A stretch of 49,217 nucleotides of DNA from Hyphomicrobiales bacterium (lineage in GTDB: Bacteria; Pseudomonadota; Alphaproteobacteria; Rhizobiales; Aestuariivirgaceae): assembly GCA_031370475.1 (NCBI GenBank), contig JANMQL010000181.1, forward strand, positions 1 to 49,217. The letters run 5' to 3'. The number at the start of each line of letters is the position of its first letter. Position 1 is the stretch's first letter. Shown piece after piece: positions 18,036-27,885 of the stretch. The translations under genes were made by a program, and so were the position numbers. Under the pieces are notes generated by a model, which did not search any database, had not been told where the DNA came from, and was given only the letters and a program-made list of their open reading frames with translations.

Positions 18036-19010
18036 TCAATTGAGCTTCATCACCATGATGACCGACGGTCCGAGAATGATGACGAAGATGACCGGCAGGA
18101 AAAACAGGATCATCGGCACGGTCAGCTTGGGCGGCAGGGCGGCGGCCTTCTTCTCGGCCTCCGACATGCGGCTATCGCGGTTTTCCTGGGCCAGCACCCG
18201 CAACGCGGTGCCGAGCGGCGTGCCATAGCGTTCCGACTGGATCAGCGTGGTGACAACCGACTTCACGGTGGCCAGCCCGGTGCGCTTGCCGAGATTATCG
18301 AAGGCCTTGCGGCGATCCTGCAGATAGGACAGCTCGGCAACGGTGAGAGCGAGCTCTTCGGCCAGCGGCACCGAGGCGCTGCCGATTTCGCGCGCCACGC
18401 GCTGCATGGCGGGCTCGATGGCCATGCCGGATTCGACGCAGATCAGCAACAAATCGAGGGCGTCGGACCAGGCGCGCTTGATCGAGAATTGGCGCCGCGA
18501 AATCATGTTCTTGACCATGATCGTCGGCAGATAATAGCCGAGTATCAGGCCGACGCCGGTGGCCGCAACGCGCATCGACGGACCGACGCGGTCGGCGAAA
18601 ATCGTCGAGGCATAGATGAACACGACAATCGCCAAAACCAGCGGCGCGACAAACCGCCCGGCCAGGAACGTCACCAAATGGCGCTCGTTGCGCAAGCCGG
18701 CCTGGCGCAACAGTTCGCGCGAGGCTTCGGTGTCGAAAACCCTGCGCAGATTGAGCGCGTCGACAAGCTGCGTGACGAGGCTGGTCTGGGGCTTCTCGCG
18801 CAATCGCGTTTCCGTCACTCCCATCAGCTGGATGCGTTGCGCGCTACGCAGCTTGTCGCGCTCCTGGCCCACGGATTTCATGCGCGCGGCGAGTTTGTCG
18901 GTGTCGAAGTATGGCGCGGCAATGGTCAAAACGGTGGCGAAGGCCGCCAATCCGACGAGCACGGTGATGAGCGTTTCAATCTGAAGAAGGCTGGAGACGA
19001 GGTTAATCAT
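18036..19010 (-). CDS. tadC: Tad inner-membrane platform protein TadC (T2SSF family)
   Basis: DALDLLLICVESGM, QSERYGTPLGTALRVLAQE and AEKKAAALPPKLTVPMILFFLP. Confidence 0.93.
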   Translation of the reverse strand: MINLVSSLLQIETLITVLVGLAAFATVLTIAAPYFDTDKLAARMKSVGQERDKLRSAQRIQLMGVTETRLREKPQTSLVTQLVDALNLRRVFDTEASRELLRQAGLRNERHLVTFLAGRFVAPLVLAIVVFIYASTIFADRVGPSMRVAATGVGLILGYYLPTIMVKNMISRRQFSIKRAWSDALDLLLICVESGMAIEPAMQRVAREIGSASVPLAEELALTVAELSYLQDRRKAFDNLGKRTGLATVKSVVTTLIQSERYGTPLGTALRVLAQENRDSRMSEAEKKAAALPPKLTVPMILFFLPVIFVIILGPSVIMVMKLN

Positions 19011-19028
19011 GGCTGTGGGGGACCGCGG

Positions 19029-20051
19029 TCATATCTGGAAGTTGATCATTTTCTTGATAATGAGCACGCCTATGCCCATCCACGTTCCGCAACCGATCAG
19101 CAACATGTTGCCCATGCTGGTATAGAACAGCGGTTCGAGGTAGGTGGGATTCAATATACTCAGACCGCCCATGATGACGAAGGGAAGGGCGCCGATGATG
19201 GCCGCCGAGGATTTCGCTTCCTGACTGATCGCCCGAATCTTCGCCTTCATCTTCTTACGGTCGCGCAGCACCTTGGACAGGTTGCCGAGAGCCTCGGAAA
19301 GGTTGCCGCCGGTCTTCGACTGAATCGCCATGACGATGGCGAGAAAGTTGACTTCCGGAAGAGGCAGGCGCTCGAACATGCGCTCGATGCCCTGGTCGAT
19401 GGTGATGCCGACGCGCTGACCTTCGACGACCTCGGAAAATTCGGGGCCGACCGGCGGACCCGCTTCGGCGGCGATGATCTTCATGGCGTCGGAAACCGGC
19501 AAACCGGCCTTGAGGCCGCGCACCATGACATCGATGGCGTCGGCAAAGTCATTGAGAAAAACATTCTGGCGGCGGCGGCGCAAAAAACCGAGAAACCAAC
19601 GCGGCAAGCCCAAGCCGCCGACGGCGCCGCCGACAAGCGAAACATACCACGGAACGCCGCCAATCACCAACCCCGCCAGAGTCCCGGCGGCGCAGCCCAG
19701 CGAAATCAGCCAGAACGTCCTGACCTGCATGTCCAGTCCGGACTGCATGATCAGCATTCGAAGCGTCATCCGCTTCTTGCGCTGCTTTTCGCGTTCTTCG
19801 ATCTGTTTGAGCGATTCCTGGACGACCTTGCGCTTGCTCTCCTTGGGATCGTCGAACAGGCGCGATTTCCAGGACGCCTTGGGCCCGGTCGCGGCCGCGG
19901 CCGATTTGGTATTGTCCGCAATGGCCTTGACGCGCTTCGAGGTGTCGTCACTGAACAACAGCGGATAAATCAAGACCAACACCGTGGCGCCGGCGGCCAC
20001 GGCGATCATCGCATAGACCGCAATTTGGGTGATGTCGTCTCCAAAATTCAT
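19029..20051 (-). CDS. tadB: Tad platform protein TadB
   Basis: FADAIDVMVRGLKAGLP, IQSKTGGNLSEAL and EAKSSAAII. Confidence 0.93.
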   Translation of the reverse strand: MNFGDDITQIAVYAMIAVAAGATVLVLIYPLLFSDDTSKRVKAIADNTKSAAAATGPKASWKSRLFDDPKESKRKVVQESLKQIEEREKQRKKRMTLRMLIMQSGLDMQVRTFWLISLGCAAGTLAGLVIGGVPWYVSLVGGAVGGLGLPRWFLGFLRRRRQNVFLNDFADAIDVMVRGLKAGLPVSDAMKIIAAEAGPPVGPEFSEVVEGQRVGITIDQGIERMFERLPLPEVNFLAIVMAIQSKTGGNLSEALGNLSKVLRDRKKMKAKIRAISQEAKSSAAIIGALPFVIMGGLSILNPTYLEPLFYTSMGNMLLIGCGTWMGIGVLIIKKMINFQI

Positions 20052-20079
20052 GCGGGTCTACGCCTCCCAGTCAATCTGC

Positions 20080-21576
20080 TCAATCCGCATCGTTGCGCGC
20101 TTCGGCCTTTTCCAGGGCCTCGGCCAGGCGGCGTTCCTCGTTGTAATAACGCGCACGATCCCAGAAGTGGGGACGGGCGATGCCGGTGGAACGGTGCCGG
20201 CCGATGATCTTGCCGTTGGCGTCTTCACCGACGATTTCGTAGACGAAAAGGTCCTGGGTGATGATGACTTCGCCTTCCATGCCGACCACTTCGGTGATGT
20301 GGGTGATGCGGCGCGAACCGTCGCGCAGGCGCGCGGCCTGGACGATGACGTCGATCGATCCGCAAATCATTTCCTTGATGGTTTTCGACGGCAAGGCAAA
20401 ACCGCCCATGGTGATCATCGACTCGAGGCGGGAAATGCCCTCGCGAGGCGAGTTGGCGTGCAGCGTTCCCATCGAGCCGTCGTGACCGGTATTCATGGCC
20501 TGGAGAAGATCGAAGGCCTCCGGGCCGCGGACTTCGCCGACGATGATGCGTTCGGGACGCATACGCAGGCAGTTCTTGACCAGGTCGCGCATGGTGATTT
20601 CGCCCTCGCCCTCGAGATTGGGCGGGCGGGTTTCGAGGCGCACCACATGCGGCTGCTGCAATTGAAGTTCGGCGGCGTCTTCGCAAGTGATGACGCGCTC
20701 GTCCTGATCGATATAGCCGGTCAAACAGTTGAGCAGCGTGGTCTTACCGGAGCCGGTACCGCCGGAAATCAGCACGTTGCAACGCACCCGGCCGATGATT
20801 TCGAGGATCGTCGCGCCCTCGGGCGTGATCGAGCCGAATTTCACCAGGTCCGGCAGTTTCATCCGGTCCTTCTTGAATTTACGAATGGTGAGCGTCGGTC
20901 CGTCGATGGCCAGCGGCGGGGCGATGACGTTGACGCGCGAGCCGTCCATGAGACGGGCGTCGCATATCGGGCTGGCTTCGTCGACGCGGCGGCCGATCTG
21001 GCTGACGATGCGCTGGCAAATGTTGAGAAGCTGGGCGTTGTCGCGGAAACGCACGCCGGTCTTCTGCATCTTGCCGTTGACTTCGATGAAGGTCGCGTTG
21101 CAGCCGTTGACCATGATGTCGGCGATGTCGTCGCGGGCGAGCAGCGGTTCGAGCGGGCCGAAACCGAGGACGTCGTTGCAGATGTCCTCGAGCAGTTCCT
21201 CCTGCTCGGCAATCGACATCACCACGTCTTTCAGGGTGATGATCTCGTTGACGATATCGCGGATTTCGTCGCGTGCGGCTTCGCGGTCGAGCTGGCCAAG
21301 CTGGGTCAGATCGATGGCATCGATGAGCGCGTTGAAAATGGTGCTCTTGATATCGTAATAATTCTCGGAACGCTTGCTGGCGGCGGCGGCATCGGGTTTC
21401 TTTCCCGGGGCGGCGGCCTGCGCACCGCCGGGCCGCGCCGTCTGGGAGCCACCCTGCGCCGCGTTGAGATCGGGGATTTTTCCGGTCGCGCCGGCGGCAG
21501 CCGGAATTGCGCCCGATTGGACCGGCGATGGGGGTGCGGACTTGTTGTCCGCGTCACTCGATCGTTTGCCGAACAT
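20080..21576 (-). CDS. cpaF: Pilus assembly ATPase CpaF/TadA
   Basis: MFGKR start, [32 protein letters not shown] and MNTGHDGS. Confidence 0.97.
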   Translation of the reverse strand: MFGKRSSDADNKSAPPSPVQSGAIPAAAGATGKIPDLNAAQGGSQTARPGGAQAAAPGKKPDAAAASKRSENYYDIKSTIFNALIDAIDLTQLGQLDREAARDEIRDIVNEIITLKDVVMSIAEQEELLEDICNDVLGFGPLEPLLARDDIADIMVNGCNATFIEVNGKMQKTGVRFRDNAQLLNICQRIVSQIGRRVDEASPICDARLMDGSRVNVIAPPLAIDGPTLTIRKFKKDRMKLPDLVKFGSITPEGATILEIIGRVRCNVLISGGTGSGKTTLLNCLTGYIDQDERVITCEDAAELQLQQPHVVRLETRPPNLEGEGEITMRDLVKNCLRMRPERIIVGEVRGPEAFDLLQAMNTGHDGSMGTLHANSPREGISRLESMITMGGFALPSKTIKEMICGSIDVIVQAARLRDGSRRITHITEVVGMEGEVIITQDLFVYEIVGEDANGKIIGRHRSTGIARPHFWDRARYYNEERRLAEALEKAEARNDAD

Positions 21577-22829
21577 TATTTCTTCCTCAGCAGCGGCAGT
21601 TTGTCAAGGAACGGAGATAGCGAGAATCTCGCGGGTTTCACCTGCTTTTCGGCGCCGGCGAGAATCTGCGCCAGCCCGGCGATGGCTTCGACAGCCTTGG
21701 ACTTCGGCGCCACCTCGAACAGCATCTGGCCGTTGCTCTGGGCCAGGCCGAAGGAATGCGGATCGTGAGGGATCACGCAGGCGATGTCGATGCCCAGGGC
21801 CTTGCCGAATTCGGCAGGCGGAATCTCCGGGCGCTTGGGAACGCCGAATTGATTGATCACCACCCGCGGCGGCTTGTCGTTGGGACGGGCCAGCTTGAGC
21901 ATATCGACCAAATTCTTCGTATTGCGCAGACTCGCCAGTTCCGGTGTCGCGGTGATGATCACCTGGTCGGCATGGACGAGGGTATGTTTGATCCACGGCG
22001 CCCAAAGGTTGGGGACGTCGACGACCACGCAGGGCACGCTGGCGCGAACGGCGTTGAGGATGGTTTCGACCGCATGGGCTTCGATGTTGAATTCGCGATC
22101 GACACCGCCGGGCGCGCTCAGCAGACTCAACTTGTCGCCGAGCTTGGTTAGCAGGCGGTCGATGAATGTCGAATCCACGCGATCGGGCTGGCCGAGCGCG
22201 TCCATCATGCCGCCGGACGGATCCAGATTGAAATTAAGTCCGGCCGTGCCGAAAGCAAGATCGAGATCGGTGATCACCGTGTCGGTGCCGAAACGCTTCG
22301 ACATCTGCCAGGCGATGTTGTGGGCCAGCGTGCTCGAGCCGACGCCGCCCTTGGCGCCGACGAAAGCCATGACCTTGCCGACCGGTTCGGCCTTGGGATC
22401 GCGATACAGATTGGCGATGGTCTCGATGACCTGAAGCTGGTGCAGCGGCGCCACGAGATATTCGGCGACGCCCTGACGCATCAGCTCGCGATAGAGAATC
22501 ACGTCGTTGATGTGGCCGACAACGACGACCTTGGTGTTCGCCTGGCAGACCTGGGCAAGTTGCGAGAGTTCCGAGAGAACGGCATCGCGCGAGCCGTGCG
22601 ATTCGACGATCAGGACGTTGGGCGTCGCCTGGCCTTGATAGACCTGGACTGCGGCCATGATCCCGCCCAACTGGATGGTGACATGGGAACGCGACATGCG
22701 CCGGTCGGCGGAGGCCGATTGCATGACCTCGGCGGTCTGCTGATTGTCGCAGAAGGCGTGGATGTTGACACGCGGAATGAGTGCCACAAGGGACTGGTCG
22801 TCGGCGTGATGGTGGACATTAGTCTGCAT
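21576..22829 (-). CDS. cpaE: Pilus assembly protein CpaE/TadZ (receiver-like domain plus ParA/MinD ATPase)
   Basis: NDVILYRELMRQGVAEYL, GAKGGVGSSTLAHN and DLDLAFGTAGL. Confidence 0.93.
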   Translation of the reverse strand: MQTNVHHHADDQSLVALIPRVNIHAFCDNQQTAEVMQSASADRRMSRSHVTIQLGGIMAAVQVYQGQATPNVLIVESHGSRDAVLSELSQLAQVCQANTKVVVVGHINDVILYRELMRQGVAEYLVAPLHQLQVIETIANLYRDPKAEPVGKVMAFVGAKGGVGSSTLAHNIAWQMSKRFGTDTVITDLDLAFGTAGLNFNLDPSGGMMDALGQPDRVDSTFIDRLLTKLGDKLSLLSAPGGVDREFNIEAHAVETILNAVRASVPCVVVDVPNLWAPWIKHTLVHADQVIITATPELASLRNTKNLVDMLKLARPNDKPPRVVINQFGVPKRPEIPPAEFGKALGIDIACVIPHDPHSFGLAQSNGQMLFEVAPKSKAVEAIAGLAQILAGAEKQVKPARFSLSPFLDKLPLLRKK

Positions 22830-22861
22830 GGTTGGGCTCTTTTTCTGGAAAAGTCATCCGG

Positions 22862-23512
22862 TCAGGGTTTGGTGCCGGAAGGTGTGGTCACATATTGGTT
22901 GACCAACAATACGCGTTTATAGGCAGGTGCCGGCGACATGGCCTCGGGAACGACGAAGTTGTCGGGATTGACCACCATGGCCGCGATGTTGCCGGTGACG
23001 GCGCAACCGTAGTTCGGCGCCGGCCGGTTGAGATAGTTCGTGGACAGATCGTCCGACCAGTCGCCGCATTCTTTGGTTATGGCGACGCTGCGGATATAAC
23101 CGACCTCGATCGGATCCTTGGCGGAACCGGCATAGGTGGCCTGAACGATGGCTTCGCCCGGGACGCCCTGCTGAACCAGAACCGCGGCGATGTCGCGCGA
23201 CAGTGCCGCGCCGTTGCCGCCACCCGTCGGACGGCGTATGGCGATCCGCGGCGTGCCGTTGGCGCGGGATTGGCGGGCAAAGGAGGCCAAGGCGTTGACC
23301 TGAGCGGGCTGCAGGCTGCTCTTTGCGGCCAGCGCCAACTTTACCGGCCGCTTTTCGACCTTGATCGGATAGCGTTCGTAATGCGCGACGGGCACATAAT
23401 AGTCCTCGGTCACTGCGTCGCTGGCCTGACATCCCGCGATGACCAGACCGGCACAAAGCGCCATCGCGGTGCCGGCATGTGCGGCGGCGATATTCTTGAG
23501 ATACTTCACCAT
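22862..23512 (-). CDS. cpaD: Pilus assembly lipoprotein CpaD
   Basis: Lipobox LVIAGC, CGDWS and NYGCAVTGNIAAMVVNP; located between cpaC and cpaE. Confidence 0.9.
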   Translation of the reverse strand: MVKYLKNIAAAHAGTAMALCAGLVIAGCQASDAVTEDYYVPVAHYERYPIKVEKRPVKLALAAKSSLQPAQVNALASFARQSRANGTPRIAIRRPTGGGNGAALSRDIAAVLVQQGVPGEAIVQATYAGSAKDPIEVGYIRSVAITKECGDWSDDLSTNYLNRPAPNYGCAVTGNIAAMVVNPDNFVVPEAMSPAPAYKRVLLVNQYVTTPSGTKP

Positions 23513-23531
23513 TGATCTCTCCACTCACACA

Positions 23532-24965
23532 TTATTGGACGATGAAGCCGATGTTGCCGTGATAGACGCCGTCCGGATGCTTGCCGGGCGTGCCGTAAAC
23601 CTTGTTGAGACGGCCGAACAGAATGGTCTGGCGGTCGGTCGGGGTATTGAAGTTGTCGGCAGGGGTCGCCAGCTGGCTTTCATGCAACGGACTCACAATG
23701 TAAGGAGTGACGATGATCACCAGCTCGGTTTCGTCGGCGGCATAGTCGCGGCTGCGGAACAGGGCGCCCAGAACCGGCAGATCCTTGAGGCCGGGCGTAC
23801 CGGCGACCGCCTGACGCATGGTGTCCTTGATGAGGCCGGCCAGCATCATCGATCCGCCGCTCGGCAGTTCGACGGTGGTTTCGGCATCGCGCGAGGTGAA
23901 GCAAACCACACCCGCAACGCATGTGGCGGCAGCCAGCTCGCTCACCTCGGTGGCGATCTTCAGGCTGATGCGCCCTCGATCGAGCACCACCGGTGTAAAG
24001 TTCAACGACACGCCGATATCGCGGAAGTCGGTCTGGCAATTGCCGTTATCGTCGCGCGAAGCGCAGACGTTAACTTCGCCACCGGCGTGGAACTTCGCGG
24101 CCTCGCCGGATACGGCGGTGAGATTGGGCTCGGCAAGTGTGCGCAGCAGGTTTTCCGACTCCAGGGCATGGATGACGGCCGAAATCCTGTCGCCGCCGCT
24201 GGAGTAGCCGGTGCTCAATATATCGGCCCCAAGGCCGTGGGTTGTTGCCAAGCTGAGAGCGAAGCCGCCGGCATCGATGGCAGCCGACAGATTGAAACCC
24301 AGCTGCTTCACTATTTCACGCTTGACCTCGACGATGCGGACCTTGAGCATCACCTGATCTTCGCCGGCGATCTTGATGGCATTGACGACATTGACGCCGC
24401 CGGTCGTATTGGTGAATTTGTCGGCGAGGTCGACGGCCATCTTGGCTTCCGCCGCCGTGACCGCCAAGCCGCCGAGAATCACATTCGAATTGACGGTATC
24501 GACGGTGATCCGGCTGCCCGGAATGGTGCGCTTGATCAGTTTCTGCAGGGCGGTCGTATCGAGCGTCACTTCCAGATCGATGGCCATGACCTGCTGGCCC
24601 TTGTCGTCGAAGAAGAAGATGTTCGTCTGGCCCACCGTCAAGCCAAAGAGATAGGCCGTATTCTTGTTGCGCATCACCGCATCGACGATGCCGGGATTGC
24701 CGACAATCACGTCGCTGGCCTCGGACGGCAGGCGGATGACCGCCGACTTGCCCAAGCCGATGCGGACGAAGCGGCCGCTGTCTTCGGCTTCGGGCGGCGT
24801 GCCGGTGCCGACCTGGGTCGAATCAAGATCGCTGGCGAGGGAGCGCGCGGGCATCGCCGCCCAAGCCAGGGGCGCGATAACCGCGGCGGCGGCGGCGAAT
24901 TTTACCAGCTTGCGGAAGCAGTCCGCGGCCGGCCGGATCGTGGGCTTGTAGTTTACAAACAACAT
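23532..24965 (-). CDS. cpaC: Secretin CpaC/RcpA
   Basis: IGLGKSAVI, DQVMLKVRIVEV, LAEPNLTAVSGEAAKF, GALFRSRDY and ETELVIIVTPY. Confidence 0.93.
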   Translation of the reverse strand: MLFVNYKPTIRPAADCFRKLVKFAAAAAVIAPLAWAAMPARSLASDLDSTQVGTGTPPEAEDSGRFVRIGLGKSAVIRLPSEASDVIVGNPGIVDAVMRNKNTAYLFGLTVGQTNIFFFDDKGQQVMAIDLEVTLDTTALQKLIKRTIPGSRITVDTVNSNVILGGLAVTAAEAKMAVDLADKFTNTTGGVNVVNAIKIAGEDQVMLKVRIVEVKREIVKQLGFNLSAAIDAGGFALSLATTHGLGADILSTGYSSGGDRISAVIHALESENLLRTLAEPNLTAVSGEAAKFHAGGEVNVCASRDDNGNCQTDFRDIGVSLNFTPVVLDRGRISLKIATEVSELAAATCVAGVVCFTSRDAETTVELPSGGSMMLAGLIKDTMRQAVAGTPGLKDLPVLGALFRSRDYAADETELVIIVTPYIVSPLHESQLATPADNFNTPTDRQTILFGRLNKVYGTPGKHPDGVYHGNIGFIVQ

Positions 24966-24976
24966 GGCGCTTCGCC

Positions 24977-25807
24977 TCAACGACTGGATGAAACTGATTC
25001 GATGCCGTAGCGGACATAGAGAAGATCGCCCGCGTTCGTCCCCTTTTTCTTCTTTTCGCCGCCGTATTCGCCGGCCAGCTTCGGGCCGCCCTCGTCCAGA
25101 CTCTTGCCGTCGTTCTCGGCGATCGAACGCAGCGACAATGAAAGCTCGCCCTTGGATTCGATCGACGAGACGACTTCGGCCTGCTGCGGCTCGAGCTCGA
25201 GAGTGGCCGTCTTGCCTTCGGCGACCGTCACGGTGTCGCCGGTTTCGTCCTGGCGAAAGGTCTGGTTTATGGCCAGCACCCGGACATTGGTCAGAACCGT
25301 TTCGCTGACGACGCTCTTGTCCTTGTCCGCCAGCTTTTCGGTGAGAATGACGTCGACCCGGTCGTTGGGCAGAATGAAGCCACCGGCGCTCGAGCGCGCC
25401 GAGATCGCCACCGAAATCGCGCGCATGCCCTTCGGCAATATCGCGCTCATGAAGCCGCCCTGGCCGGGCAGCACAATTTTCTTGTCGACGATGGGCTCGC
25501 CCTCGAAGATCGCCAGCCGGGCCCGCGCCTGGGTGAATTCCTCCTTGGCATTGGCCTTGGCGTCGCGGGTGATCATCGAGATCGCGACGTTGCTCTTCGG
25601 CCATTCGCGCCAGGCGATCGAGCCCTCGGCGAGGCGTTCGCCCATCTGCAAGTCGCGCGATGCGACGAGCACTTCGGCCATCGCGACCTTGTTGATTTCC
25701 ACCACTTCGGTGGTCGGTTTTTTGCCTATATAGCCTTTGGCCAGGAGACCGGCCAGGGCGGCGGACCCCACGGCCAAACCAAGAACCACCACGCGCATCT
25801 TACCCAT
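24977..25807 (-). CDS. cpaB: Flp pilus assembly protein CpaB/RcpC
   Basis: SAF domain VLVASRDL, GMRAISV, AGGFILPNDRVDVIL and NVRVLAINQ. Confidence 0.93.
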   Translation of the reverse strand: MGKMRVVVLGLAVGSAALAGLLAKGYIGKKPTTEVVEINKVAMAEVLVASRDLQMGERLAEGSIAWREWPKSNVAISMITRDAKANAKEEFTQARARLAIFEGEPIVDKKIVLPGQGGFMSAILPKGMRAISVAISARSSAGGFILPNDRVDVILTEKLADKDKSVVSETVLTNVRVLAINQTFRQDETGDTVTVAEGKTATLELEPQQAEVVSSIESKGELSLSLRSIAENDGKSLDEGGPKLAGEYGGEKKKKGTNAGDLLYVRYGIESVSSSR

Positions 25808-25869
25808 CGGTCGAACCCTCGCCCCAAACTTCAATTGACATGCCGTAATGGTTACTTTCGGCGGCAATG

Positions 25870-25885
25870 GTCAAATTTGAGTTAA
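25870..25885 (-). promoter_or_regulatory. Putative CtrA box upstream of cpaB
   Basis: Minus strand reads TTAA-CTCAAAT-TTGAC. Confidence 0.65.
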
Positions 25886-25911
25886 TGATTTTCATTTTTG
25901 TTCGCGCCCCG

Positions 25912-26412
25912 CTAACCAACGGCCCGCATCCACCAGCTTTCCGGAAAAGCCAGAATGGCGCCGACGGCAAAGGCATAGCCGTAAGGCACGTTCGGCTTGA
26001 TGGACGAAAATCGCTTCTGCCACGGGCCATCGTGTATTTCCGACGACGCCATTATTGCCGACCAGCCGGCGACACAAAGCGCCAGCACGCCGCCGGCCAA
26101 TACAGCCAGCACCAGAAAGGGCAGCGTCTGCGGCCAGCCGAACCACAATCCCGCGACGGCGAGCAGCTTGGCATCGCCACCGCCGAACAAGCCCAGCGAA
26201 AATAGCGCGAAGCCGGCCGCGAACAGGCCGGCGCCGGTTGCCAGGTGCGGCCCCAGTTCGCCAAGCGGCATGCCGGTCGCCACCGCCATGGGGAAAAACA
26301 ATATCGCCGCGCCGGCGTTCAGCCAATTGGGAATGCGCAGCGATATGGCATCGCCCGCGCCGGCCACTACCATGATAAACGGAAACAGAGTGACAGCCAG
26401 AAAATCGGTCAT
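25912..26412 (-). CDS. cpaA: Prepilin peptidase CpaA/TadV (A24)
   Basis: D..SLRIPNWL, FGGGDAKLL and VPYGYA. Confidence 0.93.
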   Translation of the reverse strand: MTDFLAVTLFPFIMVVAGAGDAISLRIPNWLNAGAAILFFPMAVATGMPLGELGPHLATGAGLFAAGFALFSLGLFGGGDAKLLAVAGLWFGWPQTLPFLVLAVLAGGVLALCVAGWSAIMASSEIHDGPWQKRFSSIKPNVPYGYAFAVGAILAFPESWWMRAVG

Positions 26413-26472
26413 GTGCCCAAAGCATCCCGCGCCGCACTCTCCGGCGGCAGGCCGAGCCTCACACGCCCGTCA

Positions 26473-26488
26473 TTAAGAGCGGGTTAAC
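26473..26488. promoter_or_regulatory. Perfect CtrA box upstream of cpaA
   Basis: TTAA-GAGCGGG-TTAAC. Confidence 0.75.
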
Positions 26489-26505
26489 TGTTCAATGAAA
26501 ATTGG

Positions 26506-26584
26506 CAAACAAAAACCGCCAGCGCAGGGCGGACGGTTCTTGCCGAATAAAACGGATGCCGGGCCGCTCCTAGGCGACCCGGCA
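26506..26584 (-). terminator. Two tandem hairpins after the pilin gene; the second has a U-tract
   Basis: Minus strand: TGCCGGGTCGC-CTAGGA-GCGGCCCGGCA, then CCGCC-N7-GGCGG-TTTTTGTTT. Confidence 0.65.
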
Positions 26585-26593
26585 AATTTTGTA

Positions 26594-26764
26594 TTACTTG
26601 CCAGTCGAGATGTGGACGGCAAGGCTCGAGAACACGAGCCTGATCGAGTTGGCCAGCAACGGCATCACGGCGACGAGGGCAAGGCCCATGGCGGCGGCGA
26701 TCAGGCCATATTCAATGGCGGTCGCACCGGATTCGTCCTTCACAAAACGCACAAACTTGGTCAT
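26594..26764 (-). CDS. pilA: Flp family type IVc pilin (56 aa)
   Basis: RFVKDESG/ATAIEYGLIA prepilin cleavage site and Flp motif; GGAG RBS upstream. Confidence 0.95.
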   Translation of the reverse strand: MTKFVRFVKDESGATAIEYGLIAAAMGLALVAVMPLLANSIRLVFSSLAVHISTGK

Positions 26765-26859
26765 TTTAAGCTCCACTAGTGTTACAGCACCCGGCCCATG
26801 TGAGCGGCACCTGATGCACCGCCCTCCTTGAACCATCCGCTCACCTTAGGACCGACCCT

Positions 26860-27070
26860 TTAACAGTAAGTAAATCTCGCGCTATTCCGAGTTAAAGGTG
26901 AACTGAGATAGATTTTTTGGTTATCAACATCATAGACATATTGTTACAATTCTATTTATTCAAGCTTAAATTGGATAATGTAATGTTTATAGTATGAAAT
27001 CGTGAACATTTATCGCGGATAATTTTTAAGTTGTTCGACATTATTCGAATATTTCAAACTTATACTTTCG
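26860..27070. promoter_or_regulatory. AT-rich pilin promoter region with a CtrA-like box at 26860-26874
   Basis: TTAA-CAGTAAG-TAAA, followed by about 190 bp that is visibly AT-rich compared with the rest of the window. Confidence 0.55.
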
Positions 27071-27308
27071 CCGCTCGATCGCTGTCACCATGGTTGACGA
27101 TTGGCAGTGCTGCGACGCCGGCTGTTCCCCGCATCCAGACTTGCGCAATCCCCCTCTCATTCCAACCGCATTACTTGGTGCGGCTGCCCCGCCGACAAAT
27201 TCTTCATCCTGTAACGGAACATTCACCAATGGCGAGTCAAATTGGCTGGAACTTGCAGACCGTCCATTGACACAAGACGCGGCCGCGCCCGCCAAGGATA
27301 TAGACCCC

Positions 27309-27830
27309 ATGATCATCAACAAGAGCCTGACCTCGATTTTCTTCTGCGCCGCCTTGTTCACCGCCCACCAGGCCCAGGCCGCCGAGCCTTTGGTGCTGCT
27401 GACCGACCAAACGCAGCTCCTCTCATTGCCAAGGCCGCCGGGAATCATCGTCGTCGGCAATCCGACCTTTGCCGACGTCACCGTCCAGGGAAATCTGGTC
27501 TTCCTGCATGGCCGCGGATTCGGCACGACCAACCTCATCATCATGGATGAGGCCGGCGCCAAAATGGCGGATTTCGAAGTGACCGTGGCAATGGGCGGAA
27601 GCAAAAACCTGGCGCTTTACAAAGCCGGAATGCGCTTTTCATACGTCTGCGCCCCCAACTGCGAAGTCACGCTGCAGGCAGGCGATCCCAGCAAATGGCT
27701 GAGCTCAGAGGTTGCTTCGTCATTCGCGCTGAAATCCAATCTCGCGACCGGCAAGACCGCCGTGGATGCGCCGAAAACCGGCAACGGCGACAGTTCCGGA
27801 AGTTCCGGGGATACCACCACGCAACCGTGA
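27309..27830 (+). CDS. Pilus formation N-terminal-domain protein (CpaI-like)
   Basis: Signal peptide ending AQA; IVVGNPTFADVTV and GRGFGTTNLIIMD resemble the secretin N-domain; C-terminal YVCAPNC. Confidence 0.85.
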   Translation: MIINKSLTSIFFCAALFTAHQAQAAEPLVLLTDQTQLLSLPRPPGIIVVGNPTFADVTVQGNLVFLHGRGFGTTNLIIMDEAGAKMADFEVTVAMGGSKNLALYKAGMRFSYVCAPNCEVTLQAGDPSKWLSSEVASSFALKSNLATGKTAVDAPKTGNGDSSGSSGDTTTQP

Positions 27831-27853
27831 TCTGGCCATCGCGGCAGGATTTC

Positions 27854-27885
27854 AAAGCCCCGGCAAGTTCCGGGGCTTTTGCTTT
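27854..27885 (+). terminator. Intrinsic terminator
   Basis: AAAGCCCCGG-CAAGTT-CCGGGGCTTTTGCTTT. Confidence 0.75.

Noticed and set aside
18021-21768. Long antisense ORFs (728 aa and 579 aa here; similar ones opposite podJ, yejA, cpaC, prfC, edd and zwf)
   Set aside because: Shadow frames of GC-rich genes with strong codon bias; they have no recognisable motifs and fully overlap confident genes.
27243-27257. TGGCTGGAACTTGCA as a sigma54 promoter
   Set aside because: The GG-to-GC spacing is 9 nt rather than the required 10.
27031-27308. Short ORFs and an N-terminal extension of cpaI in the pilin intergenic region
   Set aside because: Atypical composition and no motifs; the signal peptide places the cpaI start at 27309.
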